Below are positions 49,861 through 61,899 of a stretch of 64,000 nucleotides of DNA, in pieces. Below the pieces are notes generated by a model. The model was not told the origin of the DNA, searched no databases, and worked only from the letters and a program-made list of their open reading frames with translations. A program made the position numbers and the translations under genes. Every line of letters begins with the position of its first letter. Positions within the stretch are counted from its first letter, which is position 1. This DNA comes from Octopus sinensis. Taxonomy: Eukaryota. The stretch covers positions 87,544,001 to 87,608,000 of the forward strand of contig NC_042997.1 of assembly GCF_006345805.1 (NCBI RefSeq), read 5' to 3'.

Positions 49861-52084
49861 AGCTTTATAAGTCCAAAGACATGAGACAGTAACTTTTAGA
49901 AGTTGAGGATGATGATGCTGTAACCAGGACTACAGTATTAAATGTATCGTTTTATTTTCTGGTAGGTTTGGCTGCTATTTCTAGAAGGCTGAGTCTCTCT
50001 CTCTCTCTCTCACTCTCTCCCTCTCTTCCTCTCTCTCTTCCTCTCTCTCTCTCTCTTCCTCTCACTCTCTCTTTCTGCATGTATTATCCAGCCATTATGG
50101 TCTTTGAAGACATGTCAAAGAAATGATTATTTTAAAATGTAATTATTATTCGTACATTAAATCTTCAATATCTCAGAGTTCAAAGACTGCATTAACAGAA
50201 GAAAATGGAATTTATTTCATATATTCCTTCCATTGTATACTAGAACGATGTCTTATTATTAACAATACTCCTTGGTCATTGCTCTGTAGCCAAATTACTG
50301 AAAAAAGAAACTAATGCATCAACCACCTCACCCTCTTCTCATCCTCTTCCTTCTCACCATCATCATTGCTGTTCAGCATTGTTGTTGTCATTTCCATCAT
50401 CATCATCATCACTGTCATATTCATCATTGTCATCATGATGATAACCACCCTCCTCACCACCCCCTTCTCCCACTACAACCATTATCTCTCTCTCCCTTTA
50501 TCAATAGCATTTCAACATCAGTTCCTCAATGCTAGCATTACTTGATCATTGCAATATTTCACTGTTTCACAAAAACATTATAATACATGCTCATTTATAA
50601 AATGTATTCCTTAAGATGTGGTGCATATGCGTGCATCATTTCAGGTAGCAGCAAGAAAAGGGAAGAAAATATATTACTAAGTGTCTAAAATCCTACCTGA
50701 AATTGTATGTCTAATAACAAGTTATTTCCTACAAAAATCGATTTCAAGCCTCTCAACTATGATATACTTCTAAACTTAATGTACTGTTACACATGTGTTA
50801 GGTCTCAGCTGTCTTTAGTTGCATGTCTTGTGGTTGCTGTAAAATGAAAGACAAAGATAAAATGAAATTACAGATGAAAATAGATGCAATAGACTCCCTG
50901 ATTAGGAAATATTCTCTGAAAAAATGTCTTTGCAGTTTCATTATTTCTTTTTCTTTTTGTTTCAGAATTTTTTTCTCTTAATTATCAGAAATTATCATTC
51001 ATAATTATCACAATTATTTATATATTAATACAATAGTAGGTACTTACCTACCTACCTTTTGCATAATGCTAAGGGAAATAACTTGAATAGAGAAAGATTC
51101 AGAAAGAGGGAGAAGATGCACGTGTGTGTGTGTATGTGTGTTAAGTGAGAGAAAGAGAGAGAGAGAGAGAGGGAGAGAGAGAGGGAGAGAGAGAGGGAGA
51201 GAGAGAGAGTGAAAATGAAGGGAAGGAAAATTTAAGCATAAAGATAGAAAGGAACAAAGAAGAATATCAAAATGTGGCAAAGTTTGTGACATTACATGCC
51301 CTTAAGCCATCACATTTTCTCTCTCTCTGTGGTCCTTTCTGTGCATTTGTTTGAAATGCATTCGAATTGTATCTTAGTATATAAAATCAGGATTTCACTA
51401 CATGAATGGTAAAAATGCTAAGATCTTTTGTATCTGTGTATGTATATATATTTTTTTATATTAGTATGTGTTTAAGTCAGCGTATGTGTACATTAATATA
51501 CATAAGTAAATGTTAATAAAACACAATGTGTGTCCTATCAGTCATGCAGGTGGATGAAGATTAAAGAACAAACAGAGTGGAGTGAGTGGCAGTTAGAGAT
51601 GCTAAATCCAAGCAAACTATTGTAAAAGGTTTTACTCTGAAGTCGCTGGTATTTTGATCATAATAAAGTTGCAAACTTTTATCATAAATTGTATTTAATT
51701 TATCAGTTTCACACACACACACATGTGATATTAAATGTTAAACTCTTTTGTTTCCAAAATATTATCATTCACATAACATCTGTTTATATTTAGGATATAC
51801 TCTCATTTTTTCCTTTCTTTTTTGTCCATTTTTCCATGTTTGCTCTTTCTGACACTAGTCCTTATTTCCTTTTACCAATGATCAAAACTGGATGTTTTTC
51901 ACATGAAGCTGTCAATGGCAATGAGTTCATTGACCTAAGAAATAGCAACATACATGCATATGCAGACACAATTACACACATACATACACATATATACATA
52001 TATGCATATGTATGCACATGCAATATTGTATGTATAAATATGCATGTTTATGAAAACCTTGGGATCCCTCTTTCTATAGTTAAT

Positions 52085-52920
52085 AAGGTGATTGTGCAAT
52101 TGACCAGAGAAGGAAAGGAGTTCACATCACCTTGCCTAGGTCAAACAGGACCCTCTGAGATGACCCATTATTTTGTTAAGTGAGGTGTAGAGAATAATCC
52201 TCATTGCAAGGCCTCTGACATAGCAGAACAAGTTGATGCCAGTCTCAGAACAGCTGTCAAGTATCTCCACAAGCTTGGCTACTGTGGCAGAGCAGCAAGA
52301 AGGAAGCCACTTCTTTAACCAGCCAATATCAAGTGGACAAAAGATTGGGCTAATGAGATGATGAGGTGGCCACTAGCATTTTGGGACACTGTTATATTCA
52401 CTGATGAATCCAGATTTGCTGTATTTTCTGATAGTGGTTGAGTGTGGGTCTGGACACCCTGTGATCAAGAATTTGACATGAAAAGATTGCTGCTAACAAT
52501 GAAACAAGGCAGCTTTTCTGTGATAGTCTGGGGAGCAATTTGGAGCAATGGTTAATCAGAGCTGGTGGAGTGTTACAGAAACATAAACTCAGATAAATAT
52601 GTGTCCATATTGCAGAAAGGACTCCTTCTGATCTTCTCCAGTGGTGAAATGATTAAAGAAGATTTTTTGTTTATGACTCCTTGTCACATGGCTAAAAGGA
52701 CCCAAGATTGGTTGGAAAGGAATGGCATGGAAAAACTTCCAGGACCAAGCCAGTCACCAGATATGAACCCTATAGAATACCTCTGGAGCATAATGGATAG
52801 GACACTTCATAAAAAAAACAAGAAAGTATTCACAAAGCCTGATCTTTTGAGATTGCTGCATGAAACTTGGCAAGAAATTCTCCAAGAGAATCATCATCTG
52901 ATCAGTAACATGCCTTAATG
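52085..52920 (+). pseudogene. Tc1-like (DD34E-type) transposase remnant
   Basis: AARRKPLL, FTDESRF, VWGAIW, INSDKYVSIL, PCHMAK, PSQSPDMNPIEYLW; the QDN motif is deleted. Confidence 0.9.
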
Positions 52921-53130
52921 ATTATAAGGATGTCTATTTACTTCTGTCATGTGTGTGCGTGTGTGTGTGTGTATGTACACACACACACAAAAATTAATAT
53001 TGATAGCCATATGCAATGTGTTACAAAAAGGAAAACTATAATTGTCCCTAAATATGACTAGGGTATTAAAACACCTACATTGTATGAATTAAGAGCTAAA
53101 ATGGTTTAATGCTGTACTGAAAGCTATATA

Positions 53131-53225
<95 letters not shown>

Positions 53226-53589
53226 TATATATAAATTATATATAAATTTATAAATATATCTTTTATCTTTTACTTATTTCAGTCAAATTGTATCTTGGTA
53301 TATAAAATATTTTTTTCTTCATAAGAAGGGAAATGTGTTCAACTATGCCAAAATAAATAAATAAATTGAATTAACTATAATATTTATATGTTTTTATTCA
53401 TTCAGTCTTTTACTGATTATTGGATTGTAGCAATGTTGTGGCATTGTCTTTAAGCATTGAGACAAGCATATCAACTCCAGCAATTATTTAAAGTATGGGA
53501 CTTATTTTATTTTATCAGCGTATATTTTTCAAACTGCTATGTTATGGCATAGCCACATCATTGGTTTTTAAGCACAACACACACAACTT

Positions 53590-54145
53590 TGTAAAGTATA
53601 ATAGCCATCTCAATATGGCTAACCACAAAGGGTGGGTGTTCCTGAAGCTTTTAGCCACATGAGATCATCGTCCCCAGCTGGCTTTAGGCACACTATCTGT
53701 GCCCTTATGGTATTTGCAAAGGGAGGTCATCCCTTTCTCGTAAACCTAAGTGGTACGCACGGACCGCAGTTTCGAGGTTGTTGCCTCTTGTCAACAGGCG
53801 GTAATTACCGGTTTACGATGAAAAGGAAGACCTTGTATGCAAATACTTTTTCGAAATCAGTGATGGAAGTTACTAGAAAAACACTTAAGTATTTGCATAC
53901 AAGGTCTTCCTTTTCATCGTAAACCAGTGATTACCGCCCGTTGACAAGAGGCAACAACCTCGAAACTGCGGTCCATGCGTATCACTTAGGCTTACGAGAA
54001 AGGGATGACCTCCCTTTGCAAATACCATAAGGGCACAGATAGTGTGCCTAAAGCCAGCTGGAGACGATGATCTCCTGGGGCTAAAAGCTTCAGTAACACC
54101 CACCCTTTGTGGTTAGCCATATTGAGAAGGCTATTATACTTTACA
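53590..54145. repeat. Foldback-like inverted repeat: two 258-bp arms (about 96% identical) with a 40-nt spacer
   Basis: 53590-53847 is the reverse complement of 53888-54145 with about 11 mismatches; TGTAAAG...CTTTACA ends. Confidence 0.95.
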
Positions 54146-54434
54146 TTGTCGAGCGGTTACTGTTTACATGTCGTTCAGAGATTTATTATTACACACAACT
54201 TTATTTTGATCAAAATACCAGCAACTTCAGAATAAAACTTTTTACTACAGTTTGCTTGGATTTAGCATTTGTGTGTGTGTGTGTGTGTCCATGCACAATA
54301 TGCTTCTATACTGTTTGTTTCAAAATAAATTTCATTCGAGGCAGTAACCAATTCAAGTCTACACTAGAGGACTTTTGCCCGAAGTGCAATGTAGTGGAAC
54401 TGAATCAAGAATCATTTGGTTACAAAGGGAACTT

Positions 54435-54651
54435 TGAACACTTTAGCATTCAGATTTCTTTGTCAAATGTATTGCTTGTATATTTACATTGTTTTGAATT
54501 AATCACACATCATTTTGCAGTTTCAAGATTCTAATAGTGTGTTTGTATATTTTTAGAATGACATTAAAAGGTAGGTGTGAGAGGTTGAATCTGGTCAGTT
54601 TTAAAATATAACAGGGGCCAGATATGGCTGAATTAAATTCTAAAGGGTTAA
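54435..54651. mobile_element. piggyBac-type MITE, opposite orientation to 31431-31650
   Basis: ...CTAAAGGGTTAA terminus; interior alignable to the reverse complement of the first copy. Confidence 0.7.
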
Positions 54652-54797
54652 CCATACATAACCTGCTCCTAATTATTGATATGTTGTTTTGTGAACTGTT
54701 CATCTCAGTGTGGCAGCTACTTCTTCTCATTGGGACCATGGAGTAAAGTTTGATCAAATGAACTTTTCTCAGATATCAAGATAAGTATGTAACAAGC

Positions 54798-54942
54798 TGT
54801 GTGGTAAGAAGCTTGCTTCCCAACCACATGGTTCCGGGTTCAGTGACGCTGCATGACACCTTGGGCAAGTATCTTCTACTGTAGCCATGGGTGGACCAAA
54901 GCCTTGTGGGTAGATTTGGTAGATGGAAACTGAAAGAAACCT

Positions 54943-54983
<41 letters not shown>

Positions 54984-55175
54984 GTATATATTTATATCTT
55001 TGTGTCAGTGTTTGTCCCCACTACCATCACTTGACAACTGATGCTGGAGTGTTTATGTCCCTGTAACTTACAAAGAATAAGTCCTAGGGTCGAATACTTT
55101 GACTAAAATACCCTTTAAGGCAGTGCTCCAGCATGGCCACAGTCAACTGACTGAAACAAGTAAAAGAATAAAAGA
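54798..55175 (+). mobile_element. SINE family B
   Basis: Head, internal (TA)n and tail present. Confidence 0.85.
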
Positions 55176-56324
55176 AAAGAAGGATACTTGTTCAATAGCA
55201 GAATAATACTAAAGATAGATTATGTCTTTGGTTTTTGACCAAAGTTGAGATTGTTTCCTTCTTGATTTAAAGTGAAAAATAATAGATAACAACTCACAAG
55301 TTAGAATAGGTGACTAGTGTATAGTTGTCCCCTACAATAGTACATTCAGTACTTCCTACAACCTATGTGGACTTTTAGACCTTCTCATCATCATCATTTA
55401 ACATCTGTTTTCCTTGCTGGCATGGGTTGGATGGTTTGACAGAAAATTGGTAAGCCGGAGAGCTGCACTAGGTTCCAATCTGATTTGAAATGGTTTCTAC
55501 AGCTGGATGCCCTTCGAAGAATCAAATTTTTCAAACAAAATACAATTTCAAAAGAGATTATATATTTTGAGGTTCTTTATAAACTTCCAGCCATCTTACA
55601 GCTTTCAAAATAACCGTGGAATTTCCATGGGTATTGCCAGTCATAAATTATTGTAATTAGTGATTACAAGAGAAAATAACAGTCGTGATTTGTCTGCAGA
55701 GATATTCCAACATATATCATTAGGATTTATTTTCTTCAGTCCATGTTAGGATTACTTTTAACTATCATTAATAACCTCATTTCTTTGGCAATCAGAATTG
55801 ATGGAAGCTTAGAGCATTTTTAATACATGCTATTAATACTTCATATATCTTTGTTTTGTGTAGTTAGCAATATAAGTGTATCAGTCCTTTCCTTCTCTTT
55901 TTCTTTCACCAGCTGCATCTCTTCTAATTTTCTCTCCTTTCTGTATCACTTTTTTTTTACTCATTTTTGTACAACATTGATAGCTGGAGGAGACTGATCC
56001 ACTCCAAGATTTTGCTTTACGTTTCTATGTCTTTCTTTTCTAACTGCCACTGAGATTAGGTTTCTTCAATTTGATGAAACTCAGTTCATTTATTGTATCA
56101 TGTATTATATAACAGAGGAACATAGGTTTTGTTCTCTGGTATTGGAGACATGTTTCTTAGTAATTTTGGCATGCTGATTTCAACATTGAAATCCATTTTG
56201 CTTTATCATGTCAAGATTCGTCACAAACTCAAATGTCCATTTTTCAGCATTTTCAGCATTGTCACCATTTCTAGGGATAGATTTGGCTCCATCAAATGCA
56301 GATAAATGTATGGAGCTTGACATA

Positions 56325-56515
56325 GCATACACATGTTTCACACCGGGCGAAAGACTTAGTGGTATTTCATCTGAGTTCAAACTCTACCAAGGTTGACTTT
56401 GTCTTTCATCCTTTCAGGGTTGATAAATTAAGTACCAGTTGCATACTGGGATTGATCTAATCAACTGGAACCCCTCCCCCAAAATTTCAGGCCTTGTGCC
56501 TCGAGTAGAAAAGAT
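56325..56515 (+). mobile_element. SINE family A
   Basis: CCGGGCGAAA...GAGTTCAAACTC...CATCCTTTCAGGGTTGATAAATTAAGTACCAG. Confidence 0.8.
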
Positions 56516-56534
56516 ATAATCTGCCTCTCATTGA

Positions 56535-56559
56535 GAAAGAGAGAGAGAGAGAGAGAGAG

Positions 56560-56638
<79 letters not shown>

Positions 56639-56692
56639 AAGAAGAAAGAAAGAGAGAGAGAGAGAGAGAGAAAGAAAGAAAGAGAGAGAGAG
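56535..56692. repeat. (GA)n/(GAAA)n polypurine microsatellite
   Basis: Direct reading. Confidence 0.95.
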
Positions 56693-57879
56693 TCCCTTTG
56701 TTGCTAGTAGAGGTAGTAGCTCACTGAACTTTTTTTCAATCTATTCTTATTATTCTTATGCTTTTGAAACACTCCTCTCTGCTGCTGACCAAGTTACCAA
56801 GGTAGCAGAAGTTATCAACTGTTGCTAAGGAGTCCTCTGAGCATTTGAAATAATTTATTTCATAGATACTTTTACTGCTAGCTACTTACATACTACAGAT
56901 TTGCTACATATGAAGTTTATGAAATTAAAGAAATGATCTTGTAGATATAACAACAATAATTGGTTATATGTAATTATTCCTTTCATTTTCTAAATAAATA
57001 GAAACTTTCTTCTGATCTGGTTCATAAAATAATGTGATAATTACACAGTGTCTGGTTTGAGAAAACAGATTAAAATAAAAGATTTTAGGCATAGAAAATT
57101 TCTGATTTTAGTTTATGAGGTAGGAATGTAAGTAATTATTTGTCTACTTTCTGAAATCAGTTGGATAATACGTTGTAGAGAGGCACATATTACATCTCCT
57201 TGTTTTACAAAGTCAATAGAATAATGTGTTGTGGTGTCAAATATGTGCAAGCAAATAAAAGACCATCAGAAAAGAGAAAAAAACAGTCAATTGTATGTGT
57301 ATTTAAATTGGTAGAAATGATTCTGCTGAGTCTAGATCAAGATAAAAGTTAACTGCTAGCAAGAGAGAATGAAAGGAGAGAGACAAAAGGCCATGGTTGC
57401 TCCTAGAATAAAAATCAAAAGTGAGAGACAGACTTTCCTAATTATGAGTGGAATCACTAATTGAAAGAATGTGACAGTTTGGTTCAACATACTCCTAATT
57501 CCTGATAGACGATATTTATCAAAAGTGATAGTGTGTTCTGCATAATGTGCCAAGAAAATAGCTCACAGACCAAAACATTTATGATTAACTAAACTAAACA
57601 TAAGAATGGGGAAATTAACATGCATGCATGAGTCTGCTATAGAAGTATTTCTTCTCTCAACTCAACTGTGATTCTGCATCATCTCTTGTGCACTCACAGT
57701 TTACATTGTGCACCATGAAATATTTTTGCCTACTTCTCTTCTGCATATCAAACATAGCCACTTCTGATGGTAGTAGGGTCCTGTATTCTCTGCCAGCTAA
57801 AACTTTTGTCATTGCTAAGTTCACTTTTAAGATCTGTCACTTCTAGGTTCTGTTGCTATATTTGCAATTTTTTCTGTAA

Positions 57880-58870
57880 TTCCTCAACAGTTATGTGAAC
57901 TAGCTGTACAACATACACAAGTTCTTACAGACAATCAGACTTAAACACCTTTGTTATGACACTGAATGTTGAAATAAACTGGAGATGCTGAGAACCACAC
58001 CCTGATATAAACTCACAAGATAAATTCTGTGTTAAACTCTTTGCTAACTCTCACCTTGCTGACAGCATCTCTGAGCCTTAGTTTATCTGAAGGATGTTTC
58101 AGCTGTCATTCTTTCTTTCTCCAAATTGTCTTGTGTCTCTGTGTCCATTTAGCTTTTACTGTGATGACACTATTCATTTGTCTATACTGAGTTGTACATC
58201 TTTCTCCAATGAATGGCTTAATATTCCAACCATCCTGTTTGATGGTGAGTATAAAGTCTATCTGGTCTGTGTGTTTTCATCTGATTGCTAGACGATGTAG
58301 TGGCTGACCAGTTTTCTAAAGTTAGTGCTGCAAATGATTATGTTGCTTGTGTTGTAAGAATTCCAAGTACCTCTTTTATTTGTTGTACCCTATCCATAGC
58401 CACCTTGTACACTAAAGTGGCCATCAGTGTTGTGCAAGATATCCATTAAAGGCCTTGGCTATGGTTACTAGGTTGCTGTTATTTGTTATCAATGTAATCT
58501 GTGGGAGGTCCTCATAAAAATGGTTCTGTTGCTCATTTGTAAATCTTAATTAAGATGCATATTCAGAGATTACTGTAGCTGTTGAGTTGCCTGTTATTAG
58601 TTTAAGCTTAATTGTTATGACTACCTCAGTTACTTTATCTGTTTTCTGCTAACAATATGCTTACTCCCCATCTCAACACTGCCGCCCACCCAGTAGAATT
58701 TCTATTTATGAGTCTTGCCTGTAAGGTGCTTAGTTGAGACTCCCTTCCATCTTAATTCTTTTACAGGACACACATCTATTCACATATGCTGTAGTATCTC
58801 CATACATGCTCCAGGCCTTCTTTTCTTTATACCAATTTTGATTGTGGCAGCTCTAAGGTTTTCTACTTGA
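57880..58870 (-). pseudogene. Old RTE LINE: apurinic endonuclease remnant joined to an RT fragment
   Basis: Frameshifted GVSILLAEN, HFYEDL, AKAFNGYL...VQGGYG.G and KVRVSKEFN...(H)QG.VLS..LFNI. Confidence 0.7.
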
Positions 58871-59664
58871 GAGAAAGAGGAGAGTTGCTGATGGTGGGTG
58901 AGTTGGTGAGGTTGTTTCATGTTCATTATCTGTATCTGAAAGGAAAAGAGTTGGTTTTATACAAAAAGTAATTTTCTTGGGTTGACATTTAAATTACAAG
59001 AAAAAAAAAAATGAATATTTTGACTTCTTTGCAAAGAATATTTACAATTTTACAAATATCTCTAATCTGGTCTCGATGGATATGATATTGAAATATAAAC
59101 TTACGGTTTGTGTGTTCATACTCATGGAAAACATTTCTTTCTGGTTCTCTTGGTGAGATACTAAATTCTACAAGTTCTGGTTCACTTAGTTATCTGAAAT
59201 TGAAACAAGAAAGATTATTGGGTCTAGTAAAGAAATATCCTATTGGTGTCTAGTAAAAAAATATCCTTCACAGCTATGTTGCTTTTGGTCTTCTCCTTCT
59301 GTGTAGCATGGCATTTTGGCAAGTGTCTTCTGCCATAGTTGATTCATTTCATAGAGAAATTTTGCTGACAGAAACTATACAGAAGATGTGTGTGTGTGTG
59401 TGTGTTTATAATTTTATTTGCTTCAAGATCCACTCTTCTAAAAAGTTCTCTCAAAGTTTATAAATTCTGTGAAACCAGCAATATATATATATATATATAT
59501 ATTCTTTTATTCTTTTATATGTTTCAGCCCTAAGGCTGTGGCCAGCAATTCTTTAACAAGAGCAGCATTGAATATTCTTATGAAAGAATAATAAATTTTT
59601 ACACTAAAAATGTATTGAGTAATCCTTCAGTTTAACGTAAAATTATTTTTTCATTATAACTTAA

Positions 59665-59890
59665 CATATGGTGGTGAACAGGCAAAATTGTTAACATATG
59701 AGGCAAAATGTTTAGTGACATTTTGTTGATCTTCAGGTGCTGTGTTCAAATGCTGCTGAGATCAACTTTGCCTTTCATTTTTTCAGAGTAAATGAAATCA
59801 GTACCTGTTATGCACAGGGGTCGATGTAATTGACTTATACCCACCTACCAAAATTTCAAGGCCTTGTACCTATAGAAGAAAGGATTATAA
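59665..59890 (+). mobile_element. SINE family A, diverged
   Basis: GTTCAAATGCTGCTGAGATCAACTTTGCCTTTCA...GGGGTCGATGTAATTGAC. Confidence 0.75.
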
Positions 59891-61019
59891 CTTAGCATAA
59901 GAGCAAACCTTGATGTGCGTGTGTGTGTGTGTGTGTGTGCAAACTTTAGCTATCCCACACATGTGAATATAATCTGGTAGTATGTATTATATTTTCACTA
60001 ATTGTGCCTGTGTAGTTGTGAATAGACTTGCACAGTTTCTCAGCCCCTTCACTCTTTACCCAGTAGATCATTGGGAATGTGACATTTGGAGTGATAGGAG
60101 GCTGTATCAGGCTTCTCAGTACTCTGCTAGGTAGACTAAAGTACTGTGAAATGGAATGCCTTGCTCAAGGACAAATGTTTTCTGAGAATTCCAAAAATAA
60201 AAAATCTATGAGGGGTTATATGGGGGTATTTAAACCAGAATTCTACCCCTACCTTTATTCACCAATGCTCTAAATGAACTTGGTAACTATGAAACACTAT
60301 CCTCTCTCTGTATCATAATACAATGCTTTTAGCTTCTCTGAGCTTACTGCTTGGACACCACATTCTTCACCCTTCTCTTTCTACCATGCAGCTACTCTTA
60401 TTGTGTCTCATATTAGATAGATCTATGGTTCTCAACCATTTTTTACTTCTGAACTCCCCGAGATTCCTATTGTACTTGGATGGACACTTGTAGCCATTTG
60501 ATGTTTGAAAAATCCTGTTATTTTTTATAAATAAATATTATCAGAAATTGTATAAAAACTCAAGAATATTTTGTGTATTGTAGAATTATAACTAGTTTAT
60601 TGAACATAAATTTTAACAACAAAATCTTATGTGGAGCATCAAGGGTCATATGATTTAGACTCTATGAGAAGAATGTTCTTCTGAATATTCCTTTCAAAAA
60701 ACAACTCTGTTTTCCCCACACATTTCTTCTTTATACTAGAAGATGGTAACAGAAGTCGACTTGTTGTGCATAATGTATCAATATTACTGAAGGTCAGATA
60801 TGCACACACACACACATGCACACACACACACACATGCACACACACACACACATGCACACAGACACACACATGCACACACACAGACACACAAACACACACA
60901 CACATACACCTGTTTGTGTATGTACATGTATACATACATACACACACACATATATATACATACAAATAAATACACACAGACACACACACATACACCTGTA
61001 TATGTATGTGTTTATATAT

Positions 61020-61086
61020 ATTCAAATTCAAAATAGCTGACGACTAGCATTATACTTGAAACTCAAGAGTACCAACGAATTTAAAT
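61020..61086 (+). ncRNA. Candidate type I hammerhead motif with hairpin stem III
   Basis: CUGACGA-[weak stem II]-GAA-ACUC(AA)GAGU-A; distal stem I AUUCAAAUUC/GAAUUUAAAU (9 of 10 bp); proximal stem I mismatched. Confidence 0.4.
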
Positions 61087-61112
61087 CAAACTGTTTTGAT
61101 CCATATATATAT

Positions 61113-61157
<45 letters not shown>

Positions 61158-61406
61158 GAGCCAAAGGTCAAGGTAGAAAATGCTAAAATAATCTTATCAT
61201 AGAAAACATTTCAGTACCAGTTTTAGTCATTGAGACTTTATCAACTCTAAGTATAGAAAACAATTAAATTTTGGAAAAATTAAATGAAAAGTTTTTTAAA
61301 AGAATATTTGCATAGTATTCAAATACAAGGAGCATTTTCCTTGTTTCTGCCTGGCTCTGTTTACTCTTGTGGGTTCGAGGTCTTTGTGAATTCTTGGCAG
61401 AGAATA

Positions 61407-61453
<47 letters not shown>

Positions 61454-61455
61454 AA

Positions 61456-61868
61456 GAATAATAAAAGAATGCTGGAATAGTATGATAGTAGTAGGATGTT
61501 AAATGGTCAAGTGCCCTGAAAGTGACTTGTGGATGGTAGTAGTGATTGAATTCTTGAGAAATCTCTTTTGAATGTATTGTTTTTAATATTTGTGTGGGTG
61601 TTATTCTAAACAGCAATAGTACTAAAGTAAGGAAGGAGGTGGTGGAGAGGAAGAAGAAGACAAAGAAGAAGGAGGAGAAGGAGAAGAAGAGAAAGAATAA
61701 TAATAAAAGAATGTGGGAGTGGTATGATAGTAGTAGGATGTTAAATGGTCAAGTGACCTAAAAGTGAAACGTTGTGGATTATAGTAGTGATTGGGACTGT
61801 TTTTAATGAATTCTTGGGTATCTGTTTTGAACGTATCATTTTTAATATTTGCATGTGTGTTATTCTAA
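61456..61868. repeat. Two diverged copies of about 155-170 bp (61456-61609, 61695-61868) at the 3' end of the PLE
   Basis: Shared AATAATAAAAGAATG...TATGATAGTAGTAGGATGTTAAATGGTCAAGTG...GTTATTCTAA. Confidence 0.85.
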
Positions 61869-61899
61869 GGTTGTGGTGGATATGTCATTTGTTGTAGAT

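Noticed and set aside
52396-52430. CTGATGA hits at 52396, 38243, 16861, 13791 and 33061 as hammerhead cores
   Set aside because: They are codons of transposase or RT motifs (TDE, ADD, TDD) or lack a paired stem II followed by GAAA.
2022-61040. Many ORFs rich in YI, HT, CV, poly-I/N/H/M
   Set aside because: Translations of (TA)n, (CA)n and trinucleotide microsatellites; not genes.
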